Part shown: positions 13,384-26,594 of the stretch, piece by piece
How the letters are laid out: every line of letters starts with the position of its first letter
Position numbering within the stretch: the first letter of the stretch is position 1
Assembly: GCF_009914755.1 (NCBI RefSeq)
Contig: NC_060926.1
Origin: the human T2T-CHM13v2.0 reference genome, Homo sapiens
Length of the DNA: 64,000 nt
Reading direction: 5' to 3' (one strand)
Notes under the pieces: generated by a model
Seen by the model: the letters and a program-made list of their open reading frames with translations, nothing else
What the model was told of the DNA's origin: nothing
The model's database searches: none
Translations under genes and position numbers: made by a program

Positions 13384-16300
13384 GGAAGTCAGTTTCTTAT
13401 ATTTTAAAAGCCCAATAAATTAAAGAGAACATAGAGATTCCTCTTGTAGTTTCCAGTACCTAAGAGAAATGTGGTTTTACCCCACCAAGACATCAGCCTC
13501 ACACCATAAGGACACAGCCCTCCCTGCAGGAAGGTTTATGTGCTCCAGGCAGAGAGCAGCTTCCTGGGCTGGGGATTATGTCCAGCATGTCCAGTTCCAT
13601 AGGAAACTCCCATGGGCTAGAGCACCAGCCACACAAGACCTGTCTCTATGCCTTCCACAAAGTACAGACCCCCAAGAGTGCAAATTACTCTTTATTTTTT
13701 AAATAAATTCCTTAAAAGTGTTGCATTTTAGAAAAAAAATCAGGTAGAATATTCACACCTAGAAGCCTGTATAAAAAGAGATGATTTCATCAGATAGGTA
13801 AAATTTCCCTTCCAAACTTGAAGGCATGAAGAGGTAAAGTCCAAGTACAGATACCTGATTTTTGATGGTGGAAATACTGAAGAGAGCACAGTCTATGAGA
13901 TCTTGCTGGAAGCTTATAATTCTCATCTCCCCCAGTGTGAACAGTTCCAAAGGAATCACCTTTTAGAACCTGATCCAATAACCTAAGCTCTTTTATCCTG
14001 AATTTCTATAGTTTACGTTACCAAAGGAGCAGAGTATCTTTATATCAATACATTTATGTGGTCATTTAAATGAACTGTATGTGCGGCCTGTTTGATGGTT
14101 CTAGCACACCTCACTCTCCCTCATAGTGCACATGTATCTGAAAAGAGTGAGCACAGGGTCATTGTTTTATCCTCGTCTACACATGAAGCTCCAAGGATGA
14201 AGAGGTGAAAGGACAGTGGGCCACAGAAGCAGCCACACAGTGGCCTTCTAGACCATGCATAGTCTGCAGCTAACCTCAGTGGGCTCCACAAACCAACCCA
14301 CGACACATTCAGCTACATTCAGGATCCATTTTTAATCCCAGGTTCTTAGCATGTCCATCCCTAGACAATCAAGTCATGGCAAAAGTCCAGAGCTGTATTT
14401 TGGAATTCTTAAAACCATTGCCAAAATCAAGTAGCTGGAACTGTCCGGGAAAAATAAAAAAAAATGTTCTTGCTTAAGATAACATAGATTTATAAAATTC
14501 TGGAGTTGTCAAAGAGCTCAAAGTCTACCTGTACCATGGCTCTCCGATTCTCCCTGCAGCTAGAGCACATTATACAACAGCTCTTCAGGCAGCCACCTGC
14601 CTCTGCTTCCACAAATCCTCAGAGGAGGTGACATTTCTGGTCCCAAAGAAAATTGATGTGGTCAGGGACTAATTACTTTCTAATAATACTCTTCACATGC
14701 TCTTTGAAAAGAAACATCTAGCATTCCAATAGCCCACTGTCTGTGAGAGAGAGGCTTACCCTTTAATGTTTTGGGGCATGTCAAATTTAAATGAACCAAA
14801 CTAGACAGAATAGCAGGTTCAGTGCACCAACTGGTAGAACACAGAGCCAGGGTGTAGGTCAGAGATGTATTAGAGCTGAGAATTTAAAGGTTAAGCAGTG
14901 ACTCCACCTGAAGTGGACACCTGCAAAGGTGACTCTTATGGTAATACCAGTGTCACTGCTTCCTCCGTCTTTCCTGAGTGTCTTCCAGATGGATAACTCA
15001 TCTATCCCTGATTCAAACACTTTTTAAATGAAACTAAACTTGGGCATATTTTGGACTGTAGTTATGTGTTGCATTGATTCCTAACTATAGATACTGAAAT
15101 GATCAGACTTAATTGTAGTAGCAGTAATGCTTACTATAGTACCCAGAGTTGATGGGGATTCTGGAATCGCTGAGAGGCCATCTGTGCTATTTTAGTCCTC
15201 ATTCGTAGGTCCAGCTCACTCTCCCTTAATTGTGAGTGCTACTAGCTACTGTTGGTACACTACCATCCACGTATTTTTCTCTATCTTTCCTGGTAAATGA
15301 TTTTTTGTTTGTTTTGCTGCATTATCCTGGAGAGTATAAGACAAATTTTTAACTGACAAGTCAAATCATATATTTATCTTGAATTCATTATATTTTGTAT
15401 TTGGAATGCTGTACCTAAACACACAATCTTCGGCTTCACCAGAGCTTCTCCAACACATGTGTCTACTAGAGGCTGGCAAGAAATTCTGATCCTGTAAGGG
15501 TTTACACTCTTGACCACAGGGCTCATGACCTCAATGGTCACATAATGTCATTCATCTTCTTAACTACAAAGCTTTACGTGAGTCATCTGATTAGCTGCCC
15601 TGACCATTCCCCTTCTGTCTGTTCACTCTGGTGGCTTCTCTGTACCCTGAAAAGTTTTCAGGGACAGTAAACAATGCTTTGTAGACTAAGCCCTGGAAAA
15701 TATTCTTTATCTGTAGTCCTGTTCTGTATCTCATCCAAAACTTTCCCTTTCCTTGATAACTAAATTTGAAGGCCTATAGAACTGCTCTTTCAGAAAAAAA
15801 ATTGGCATCCATCCATGAATTTTATAAACATTTTAAATGCTTCCCAAATTCTTCAATTTTGTCTGTAACTTTCCTCTTGCTTCTAGTTCATCTTCCCGAA
15901 TGAGTTTGTCTTGATCTGACACTAGAGCACCTTATCTCCTCTGTTCCCCAGAAGGAGCTTTTGCAACATGGCTGTGCAGAATGAGGGATGCTGTCTGTGG
16001 TCAGGGCTAGCTTGCAGCTGTGCAGCAAGGGGAAATCCTACCATGTCCTGTCTCACTAACACGTCCTCCAGCCACCTGAGCCTAACATTTCCCCTGAAAA
16101 TAATGACTTTGCCATCAACTACAAATATTAAGAACAGAATACCCAAGTATTAAGTGAAATGACTGTTTTCTCTTTTTTCCTTTTATTGTTTCTGTAGCAA
16201 TATTCTACCAAACTAGGTGCAATGACACATAAAACTTTCACGTTCACAAACAAAGGAACAGTCCAGTATCAGCCCTACTTACTTTTCTGGCCTCAAACTC

Positions 16301-17426
16301 AAGTTATACACCATATTAACTGCAAACAGCAGGGTCTTAATCATTCTTAGTTGCCAAATAGCCTAGCAAATTACATATTGTGCTGGCTCTGGGCACTGCT
16401 AGAGGAAATAAATGCCTATGTTTATGTGGAAAATATGACCATATAACATAATTGGGAGTATTTAAATTCTTTTTCATGAGTATATAATTTCAACAATGAG
16501 TATGATGGGTATTGCTTGAGAATTCTTCAGAAAAATGAAAAACAGATTTACTGAAATCATTAGAAACTGATCAGTGATTAGTGGCAGTCGCTTTTATCAA
16601 CACAAAAATAGAGCAAAATAATCAAGGTATTCATTTATTTTCACTCACTTAGTACCCATATGCTATTTCCATTAGAGCAGCCTAAAGTTACTTAATGTTC
16701 AATTCTGCATTGTAGGGAGAGCCACTGTCATAGGCAGGCATGGCCCAATGGTAAGGCATATGGGAGATTCACTCCTTTTCTCTGAGCAGATGGAGACTAA
16801 GCATGTCATAGAAATAATGTGTTTTGTCTCTAGAGAGAGGATGCTGGCTGCTTTGTTCTCAGATGACATCGCCTGCCAGGCCTTCTGCTCAGGTTTGAAT
16901 TCATATGTTTTGGGTTTCCACTGACTTTTTCTCTTTTGAAAAGAATTTCCACAAAAAAAAATAAATAAATAAAAATAAAAAAAAACCTTGCTTTACAATG
17001 ATCCAGAAGTCTGAAGTACATAAATGAACTTTGTCTTCCAAAGGACACAGTCTTTTCACATTGCATGGCCAATTTAGCTTTACAAATTCCAGGGAAGAGA
17101 ATGGGATAGGGAGCAATAAGCCTTCCTAGAGCTGAAGAAGCAAAGATGCAGAGAAGTGTGACTCACCCAGGGCCTTGCAGCTAAACTTCAATACAAACAG
17201 CTGTCATGACTCTGCTCTACATTGTGATCCACTGTATTGAATAATCCATGAACCTAAAAATGAACATGGACTAGAGGCCAACCTACAAACTGAACTTACC
17301 CACTGAAGAGCTTTCGGTGGAGTCTAAATGCAGACAGCAATTGTACGTGGCTTCAGGGACGTTTTGCTTGAAGACAATGTGTCTGCTATTGCTGCTCATA
17401 GCTCAGCATTCTGTCAGGTGTAGATG

Positions 17427-18030
17427 TGATGCAGGATTTTTGTTTTTGGTCACTTTGCAAGCCGGGGACCCCTGGCCAGTGACACTGCTGCCCAGGGGTG
17501 GCCACGCTGGCATGCCCCAGCTCAACTGTGTTATAGCTTATACCTGTGTCCTGTGGTTCCTGGGCTCTTATATCATGCCCAAGAAGAACAAGCATACGCT
17601 GGACATTGAAGGGCGAGGAACGTGGAGAAGAATTTTACTGAGTGATGAAACAGCTTTCAGCAGAGAGGGGATGCGTGGATGGTCCCCCCTATTCAAAGGC
17701 AGGAAAGTCTCCAATATGGCTGAGTCCAGGGCTTTTTATGGGCTCAAAACAGGGAGTGTATGCTGATTGGTTTGTGAGTAAGTGAAAAAGGTTAAAGTGA
17801 AGACACCACTCAAAGGTGGACATGACCATGTAGAAAACCAATTAGGAAAGAGTAGGGACATGTAAAGTAGGTAAAGAATAGGAATCAATCAGAGGAAAGT
17901 GTGCCAAACGGGAAAGCAGGTTCTCAATCCTGTCGGAGGATTTACCTGGGACTGTCTCCGGCTCAAAGGTGAGTTTCACTGGGGACCCATCCCATCTGCC
18001 TAGGCATTTGGCTGCCTCCTGTCACTATGA
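17427..18030 (-). mobile_element. ERV1 solo LTR, LTR27/LTR28/MER52-related group
   Basis: Reverse start tagtgacaggaggcagccaaatgcctaggcagatggg...gtccccagtgaaac; 4-bp TSD GATG on both sides; CCAAT and TATA-like motifs on minus strand. Confidence 0.8.
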
Positions 18031-18199
18031 GATGCACCAGGCTACACATTCTCAACGGCCTAATATTTAGACTCTTTAAGGTTAAGGTAAATTATCAGTG
18101 TAATAACAAAGGTGTGTGGCACAATTGGAAGTAGAGTCACTCATCATGTCACTTTACACTAAGTCACATGATTGGGTTATTCTTCCTCTGGCACACAAT

Positions 18200-18629
18200 T
18201 GCATTATTTTGCTGTGGCTGCCATAAAATAAGTACCACAGTCCATGTGGCTTAAACAACAGGGATTTATCATCTCACAGTCTGGAGGCCAGAAGTCCGAG
18301 ATCAAGGTGTCGGCAGGCTGGCTCCTCTGAGGCTGCCAGGGAGTTTCTGCTCCAGGGTCCTCTCCTTGGCTTGCACATGGCCATCTTCTTCCTGTGTCTC
18401 TTCATATCACACTCCCTCTGTGCCACTGTCTCCAAATTTTCACTTTTTATAAGAACACCAGTTATATTAGATTAGGACTTGCCCTAATGAGCTTACTTTA
18501 ACTTGGTTATCTTTATAAAAACCTTTTTAGCAAATAAGGTCACATTCCGAGGTGCTGGGGGTGAGGACCCTGATACATCTTCTTCTGGTGGCAGGGGGTG
18601 GAGTGGGGCATAAAATTCACTCTGTGACA
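18200..18629 (-). mobile_element. MLT1B/C MaLR LTR
   Basis: ggctgccataa...ggcttaaacaacag...tctggaggccagaagtccgagatcaaggtgtc...caaataaggtcacattc. Confidence 0.9.
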
Positions 18630-19029
18630 ATAATGAACTCTGATTCTAAAATTCTTTAATGGTAGTGTGACAAACATTCTGTGATTAGACTAAGGGATTA
18701 ACTTATTAAATACAAACAATGAAAATTTTCACAGTTTGGTACCCCTGTTTGAGCCTCCACAATGTTAGCGTGCCCACAGGCACTAGGCTATTTCTTCATG
18801 GTTCAGAACATTGAGAGGTGGTCAGCTTCACAGCATTCAAGAGGCCCTTTGTTTTCATGGGGAGTAAGGACACATGAGCTGCATCCCTGGGCATGTGACT
18901 GGTGGACATGAATGAAAGCCGGCTTGATTCAGAATGTGGCTGCCTGGCTGGTCCTGGGAAAGGCCTTCATAGTTCTGTTTCTGACTTAAGAGAACCTTCT
19001 AGAAAAGCCACATGACACAGAGGAAGGGG

Positions 19030-19200
19030 TGGGGTCCAAACCCAGGCTGGCGTTCTAGCTTAGGCAAGTCATAGCACAGACTGACTTTGGATATATGACT
19101 TACCCTTTATGGGATGCAGCTTTCTCATCTGTAAAATGAGGTTGCCATGATAATTATGAAAACTAACTTGTAAAATGCCGAGTAGAGAGCACAAATTTAA
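19030..19200 (+). mobile_element. MIR SINE
   Basis: taggcaagtca...tttctcatctgtaaaatgagg. Confidence 0.7.
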
Positions 19201-19239
19201 CAAGAACTAATTCCCAGCCCCATGGCTCAGTAAGTGGAA

Positions 19240-19430
19240 TAATAACAGCCACCTTTCATTGTGTCTGCAGTTGCCAGGTGCTTTATATGCATTACTCTAC
19301 ATAATCTTCGCAATCACCCAGCAAGATATGTGTTATTACATTATTATATATGAGGAAATTCAGTCTCAAATAGATAATGCATAATAGCTTTTTATTACCA
19401 ATGGAGCTGGAATTTAAGCCCTGGGTTACA
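19240..19430 (-). mobile_element. MIR SINE
   Basis: gccaggtgctttatatgcattact...atgaggaaatt...ggagctggaatttaagccc. Confidence 0.75.
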
Positions 19431-21399
19431 AGGTCTATAGCCTTTCAAATGAGACTACCCAACTCAGATCTAGTTTTTTGGTTTGCAAAATTCTCTTTGT
19501 TTTTCCTCACATCATGGCTTTCTAGCAATCAAGTCTTTAGAAGATACAAATTTAAGGGACTGTTTTCTACTAAAGAACATTATGCAGGTAAATTACACTA
19601 CTAGGCATCATAGGATAAATACTCTCTAAATGTAAAGCATACACACACAAGCAGTTAGACCAGCTCACAGTACAGAGAGTTGATTTCTGGATGCTAATAT
19701 CTGGACGGCTGGATAATGGGAAAACATTTGAGCAGGTTCTGGATAATACGCATATTGTAAGAACGAAGGATTAGGCAGTGGTTATAGGAATTGATATTAA
19801 ACAGGAGGAACAATGCAAAGGTACATTACTATTAGGAATCTAGTGCATGGTGTGTAGATATAAAGTAGATTTGAGTAAAATGGTGAGACCTTTGATCACT
19901 GGAAACGATAGCACAATTTCTAGGAATGGTGAGACAACAGGAGGTCCTATAACTGCTGTCTAACGTCTCTCACCAGTTTGTTCTTCCTTTAACTCCCCAT
20001 TGACCTGCCATACCTACCCACTTTGCATCACCATCATAGCTCTTAGTATGATGGGGTATTTCACAGGTGAATGGATACAAATGCCCCTGCATTTGAAACA
20101 TTCACACAGTCTACAGAACAACTATTTTTATTCAACTCTGTAAACAAGGAAGTGAGGAAGCCCTTTTGTTACAATTTTATAACTAAAATGCTGGAAGGGT
20201 GCTCACCTTTCCAATTAGTTTGTCTTATTTTTATCTCCCCAACAACTTGGGGAAGTGCATTTTATTGCTGTTTTATATTAGATGTAAAATATGCTTGGGG
20301 ATATTATTTAATGGTATAAAAGCTTGAGACAAGTCACACACAAAATGTGAACTTTCTTCAAGGCAGGCATAGGTTGGAAGCTTAACAATAAGCATGCCAA
20401 CCATTCTTATGCTACTAGATAGAAAATGATGAGGCATTTACCTCTGATTAAAGTGTTATAGAAGAATGTAGAAAGGGGATGCATCTTGTTATTTTTGAAA
20501 TATACCAAAACTCACTGCCCAGAGATCCTCCAAAATGCATATATATACTTTGTGGCTATATGTTTGAAAGTGAATTTTGAGCAGCCTTCCTGCTTTTTGA
20601 GAAGCTAATGATAAGGATAGAAAGCAGTGTTGTTTCCTAGTTTTGACTGGTCCTGTGAATACAATGTAAGTGTTGTGGGACAGATGGAAAATGAGGCCAT
20701 TACGAAGCCTCCTCATTAATCCTTGTCAGTGTTGTGTTCCATTAGGAAAATTAATATATTGACTGTTTCTCCTGAGATGAATCTGAAGAAAATGATCCAT
20801 GCAGAGGGAGGAATCAGAATGTCTAATATTTATGATTATCCAGTGGCAGTTTTGGGATACTCTGTGTCCAAAAATCCTGGCATCTCAGTAACCTTGACAA
20901 CCCCAGGTAATCCACAAGTGCAGCCCTGATGTGCTTGTGCTGAAGCCAGCGCCTCTCACCAGAATGCTCTCTAACAAGCAGGGGACTGGAGTTTGTCCAC
21001 GAGAGAGCACTTCAGAGTTGCTTAACTGCCACCAAAACCTCATTCATCATTTTAATAAACTTTCACAGGGAGAGGAAGGATTTCCCTAGGTCCTCTTTAT
21101 CTTTGGCATGAAAGTATAATAGGTGATCAAGTGTGGATCAGTGTTAGGCCCATGTTAATTCCTCTTAATCCCCATGTGAATATTTTATTTTTATTAATAA
21201 TCACACTAAAACCACCGAACATTTCTTTTTCCTTAATGATGTGTTCGTTTGGAGGAGGAAAGATGGGCCAAAAAAAATAAAAAAAGTTTAAACTAAAAGT
21301 TCAGGCCAAAGAATCAAAACAGAGCATGAATAAAACAAAATTACCAGCACGCAAACATTCTGAAGAGCACGGTTTTACAAGAATGTGAAAGATGAAGAA

Positions 21400-21590
21400 G
21401 GGACTGAGTATTTACTGAGCAACTGAGCTGGGTTGGATGACATATCTGTACGGCTTTATTTTATACCATAGAATTCTGGCGTTCATACCAGTACTCTAAC
21501 TTTAAGGTAAAGAGGGTCAGGCTCGGGTAGCGATGGCATCAATTTGTCAGATTTGAACACAGGTCTAATTCTTCAATCTGTGATCTTTCC
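21400..21590 (-). mobile_element. MIR fragment
   Basis: tatttactgagca...gatttgaacacaggtct. Confidence 0.45.
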
Positions 21591-22216
21591 AACGTGTCCT
21601 AGAGTAAATAATGCAAAGTATGGTTCCTGAAAACTAAGAGCTAATCCTACAAAGTAGCCAGGGAGAAAGTCTCTGGCATCCAAAATGAATTTTTTGGAAA
21701 ATGTAAGGGGTTGGATATTCTGGAAAATTAACAGCCAGCAGCCTCAGTCCCTCCTGGGGGCCAATGAATTGGTTGTGCCACCTTCCATTCTGCTTTCTAT
21801 TGGTTGGGACTGCTCATCAGGGAACTCCTGGAGAGGATATTCTCCAAGTTTACATCAAACAAGAAAGTAATAGCCAAATTCAGGAAGCCAAGAGTCAGTG
21901 GTCAGGAGCCAAAAAAAAACATTCCAGGCTTAGGAGAAATGAAGAGATGGGAAAAGAGAAGTAGTGGAGGGGCAGTGAGGGGAGGGGGCATGGGTGAAAC
22001 AGGTAGTTGGCATGAATAGGAGAGAACTAGCCCACTGCAAATGTTGGCTGCAGTATTCTAAAAAGCCAGCACAGGGAGCAGTTCATAGGAGGCCTGCGGT
22101 AAGGAGCAGCTGGTTAGGAGTTACACAGAAAGTGGACAGTGAGGCAGGCACAGGAAGGGTGACGCCACAGAGAGCACAAGGGTGGACCAGGGAAGCAGTT
22201 TCGATGGGCAGGGTCT

Positions 22217-22296
22217 CTGGAAATGCTGTCACATGGCCTTAGCAAAAATTGTGAAAGCAATACCTCACGGGCTGATAACCAGAGATGAACACAAAA
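22217..22296 (+). repeat. Copy 1 of an isolated 80-bp direct duplication
   Basis: 73/80 identical to 23845-23924, ungapped, aligned by eye. Confidence 0.95.
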
Positions 22297-23844
22297 ACTT
22301 CTAAAACAGCGTCTGCCAAGCATTGACTCTCCTTTCCCTGAAGAGGCTTTGTCCTGGCTGTAAAGCACTCTCTAAACCTCGGGTGTTGGCTAGGTCTGCA
22401 TTTTCCTTGTAAATAAAATTCTCACACTGTTTCAATAATATCTCCCTGCACCTTAACATCCAACTAATGGGGCATGATCTACTCGATTACTATGAAACCT
22501 TATATGCTGTGGTCTTCCATTTCCCAGCCCCCAGGAAGCAGAGGATGGTTCTTTGCTGGTGAACTACTCTAAGCAGATGGCCCCGCAATGAAAGCCATCT
22601 CCCGTCATCACGGAGGCAGGGCCCCAGCCCTCGGGTGGCCTCTGGGTCTCCATGGAGCTCTGTGTGCTTGTCCTTGGCATTGAAGGTCCTCCTTTCATAT
22701 ACGATAAGTCAGACTATGTCGCTGGCCCCTACCATTGAGAGCTACATTTCATAGGGCTAGAAAAATAAATTGACAAAAGGAAGAGTCAAATATTTCCTTG
22801 CTAACAGTGAATCTTACAAAAACCAAGAGAAGAAAAAATGAACCTATTGTCCTGCCAACCAAGAAAACACAGCCAGTTTCTAAGCAACATTTGTTATCAT
22901 TTAATTAATAAACATTTCCCATTGAATTTACAATCCCTTCCTAGTATTCTTTATAACAACACTCTGATGGAAGTCATCGTTACCATTTGCACTCTACAAG
23001 TGAGGAAGTTAATTTCTTCCCTGCCTGTTCCTAACAAAAGGGGACAAAGGGGCTTCCTCTCAGGCTTGCCGTTCTCTTCCCTGCTGCTGCCTAGACCTCA
23101 TCTCTGCAATTGGGAATGAAGTCTTAGCTGAATGACAAGGACCCAAAGACAAAAGGCAGCCAAGGTCAGCTTGACAATGTGCCTGTCACCGCTTTCTGAG
23201 GAAGCCCAGTGGATACACACAAGGGAAAGAATTTGACCTAGACTTCATCCAGAAAGGCTTTCTGAAACTAAGCTTCTTCACGGGAGCTATTGTTACTTGT
23301 ACGCCTTGAAATGTGTCCCCCATTTTCAGCACCTGTAAATCAATAGGACAAAGAGAAAGACACATTCATCTGACAGGAGAAGATCCTGCAAGCATTAATA
23401 TTTTCCTGGTGTGTTTCTTACTTACTGCCAGAAGAGAACACCAGTTCAAAAAAAACCTAGCTAATTCTGAAATTTGGGGCTTTTCTAGTAGTTAGCCTTT
23501 TGTTGTCGCTATTTTAATGACGCTTTGAATGCACATCACAATGTAACACATTGGGGTGTTTAAGTATGCGTTAGCACATTTTAAATATACACATATGCCC
23601 ATCATAAAAAGCTGTGAGAAAGTCATGTAACAAAAAATGGAAGTAAGATAAACAGAGAAAAAGAGTCTGTATGGGAGATGTACAAAAGGGCCTTTTCTGT
23701 GTAGGCTTGCTAGGCAGTTAAGAGTGATTTGCTTTTGATAAGGCTGCACCTACCCCATTCTTGTTTATTTTGGGGTCTAAATTGAAGATATGCTTCCCAA
23801 GATAATTCTTCTCTTAAATCATTTCTAAGATTTCTAAGCCAACA

Positions 23845-23924
23845 CTGGAAAGGCTGACACATGGCCTTAGCAAAAATTGTAAAACCGATACCTCACGGGC
23901 CAATAACCAGAGATGAACACAAAA
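23845..23924 (+). repeat. Copy 2 of the 80-bp direct duplication
   Basis: 73/80 identical to 22217-22296; flanks unrelated. Confidence 0.95.
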
Positions 23925-24499
23925 TAGAAACAGCCGCAGAGGTGAAATACAAGAAGGTGTTTTAAGACATTTAAAGAAGGGTTCTTTCTCTTTTTCATCT
24001 ATTTTCATGGTTTGTTTTTGTGATTTATGGATTTTCTCTCCAGCCAGGAGGATTTAGTTTTTATAGAGGGAGACCAATTTAATGTTTATAAAAAGCTTTG
24101 AATACATTAGACAGGCAAGGAGGTTCTCTACCACAGTAGGCAAGAGTACATAGCATTACAAAGGTGATACTAATTTGTTTCCCTGATTATTGCAATGGCT
24201 TGAACTAGCTCTGAAGGGCCTTCATCTTCCGTGAGTATTTCACTTCTCATTCCAGAGAGGTGTGACATGCTTTCTATATTCTTCAGTCATTGCCAGCTCT
24301 GCAGATAGTGGAGATGGGAAGTCAAATTCAGACACCTTCTGATCTCAAATCACTGCCACCTTTTAGAGGTAGAACTGAGCTTGATATTTAGCTATTAGAT
24401 TGAGTCTACAGTACTCAACTTTATTATTAATTTTTCCATTGATGTATTTAAAACAATTCGTCAGTATTCTTTATTTTAATAATTCTGTAATAAATAGTA

Positions 24500-25800
24500 G
24501 TACAAAGAGTGGTACAATATTGGTGCTCAATGAATGTTTCATGGATGACTAAACAAATGAATTATAACATGTTCTTATTATGGAAGCATTTATTTAGCAC
24601 CCATCTGTAAAAAATATTAGGTAGATATTGAGGCAATGCTGAGATGAATAATTTATAATTTCTGAGCTTGAATTGCTTATAGTTTAATCTGGAAATCCAA
24701 CACAGATAAAAATGAATTATTTGAATTAATATAAGTTCAAGAAAAATCTTGTGTAACTAATAAGAAACACATAATTAATTGCAACTGAGAAGACTGGAAA
24801 GAAGAATAAGTTGGAATTTAATCACAAAATGACATAAAGAACTGGTTCCCATTACATAAGATAAACCTTGAATGAGCAAAGGATTGATTAAATGACAGCA
24901 ACAGATTTCATTGATAATCATCGATCACTTACAGAACATCAGGCATTAAACAACAAACTTTACATGTATGGTCTCGTTTACAGAAATAAAAACAAAAAAG
25001 TACTATTTTAAGTTTTTTATTATCTCTGCTTTACAGATGAGGAAATTTGCCTAGGAGCAAATCTAAATCTTCCTGAAAACTGGCAAAACCCCAGAGGGGA
25101 GTAAGAAACTCTCCTGTAGATTGGTACATTAAAAAGAAGGAAAAAAAGTATGTTCTTGTGCTGAGGAAGCTTCTAGTTCAACTGAAGGATGTACACATGA
25201 TGAAAAACTAATGATGAGGAGGAAGAATGGTACGCATCAAATAAATTTTAAGTCCACATTATGCTACACTAGTGCTCAGACAACAGAGGACAAGAACGCA
25301 CAGGTGGAGTCTGATGAGTGGAAGACCCTAGAAGACAGTTCTACTCTTTGTTAGCTGTGGGATCTTGAGCAAGTCACCTCACTCTTGGTTTTGTTTTTGT
25401 ATTTTTCTACTCTAAAATGAAGACACCTGGTTTCTGAGTGCCCTTCTAATTCTAAATTCTGACCCTATAAAATTTTTCCATGGGTTGAAAGGAAAAAAAA
25501 AAGGTTACAAGAAGGAAAAGTAGGCATAAGATGATATTTCAGGATAAATAGGAGGACAAAGGGAGTTATATAATATACCAAGAGCCTAGAACATGTGCTG
25601 AATCTCACACTCTCTTCCTTCTCCCTTCAAAGCAAGCTTTATTGGATTCCTCATTATAATTTATAGAATCATTTGGTCATCAGTCTTCCCTACTAGGCTG
25701 AAGTCTATATGAGCAAGGAACTTGTCTATCTTGCTCAATTTTGTATTTTCAGTGCCTAAAACTCTACCACAAATGTATCAAGTATGTAACAAATTGTCAT
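24500..25800. mobile_element. Cluster of L2 and MIR relics (L2 about 24500-24710, MIR- about 24910-25050, MIR+ about 25310-25460, L2 end about 25640-25800)
   Basis: ggtgctcaatgaatg; ttacagatgaggaaatt; agctgtgggatcttgagcaagtcac; gtcttccctactaggctgaagtct. Confidence 0.6.
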
Positions 25801-26320
25801 TTCAACACTAACAATAATTAAATAAATTAAATATTAAATTATTATATTAAATTAATTAAATATTTAACTAAATATAAATATACAGAAGATTAGCCATGTG
25901 ACTTTTTAACATACAGGAAAGTCATTGGACAAAACATATACTACATCCAATGAGAAGAATTCAGGAAGAAAAGACATTGCAATGTTGGCAGAGTGGTTGC
26001 TAACTGAGATCAGAAAAGTGGAAAAATAATGAATCAGTTTACAGGGCAGTCAAGTGATTAATTGAGAAAAGTTGTTTGCAACTTGTTTTGGGGTAGTAGA
26101 ATTCCGTTTATCCAAACAGAACTAGTTAAAGTCTAAAAAAAAGTTTTGAATAAATTAATGAGGTTGCAATTTCAAATCCAAGAAAGAGAGGAAAAAAAGA
26201 AAGACAGAAAGATGGGAAGAAAGAATGAAAGAACAAAGAAAGGAAATAAATAAATAAATAAATAAAATGAAATTAAGAAAGGAGGGAAGAAAAGAAGGAA
26301 GGAAAATTAAGGTAAGTCTT

Positions 26321-26594
26321 GGTCCAGAGCAGTGGCTCATGCCTGTAATACCAGCAGTTTGGGAGGCCATGAAAGAAGGATTGCTTGAGGCCAGGAGTTT
26401 GAGACCAGCCTGGAATCCCTGAAACTCTCTCTCTACAAAAAGTACAAAAAGTAGCCAGTGGGTGGAGCATGTCTGCTGTCCCAGCTACTCAAGTGACTAA
26501 GGCAGGAGGATCTTGAGCCTAGGAGTTCAAGGCTGCAATGAGCTACGATTGCTCCACTGTACTCCAACCTGGGTGACAGGGTGAGACCTTGTCT
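26321..26594 (+). mobile_element. AluJ
   Basis: J diagnostics ggattgcttgaggccaggagtttgag, ggagttcaaggctgcaatgagct, gtgagacctt. Confidence 0.93.

Noticed and set aside
17317-17766. 149-aa ORF
   Set aside because: GTG start, mostly antisense LTR sequence, no recognisable domain.
22114-24008. Two minus-strand ORFs sharing FCVHLWLxAREVxxxQFLLRPC
   Set aside because: The similarity only reflects the 80-bp DNA duplication; differences follow CpG decay rather than codon constraint.
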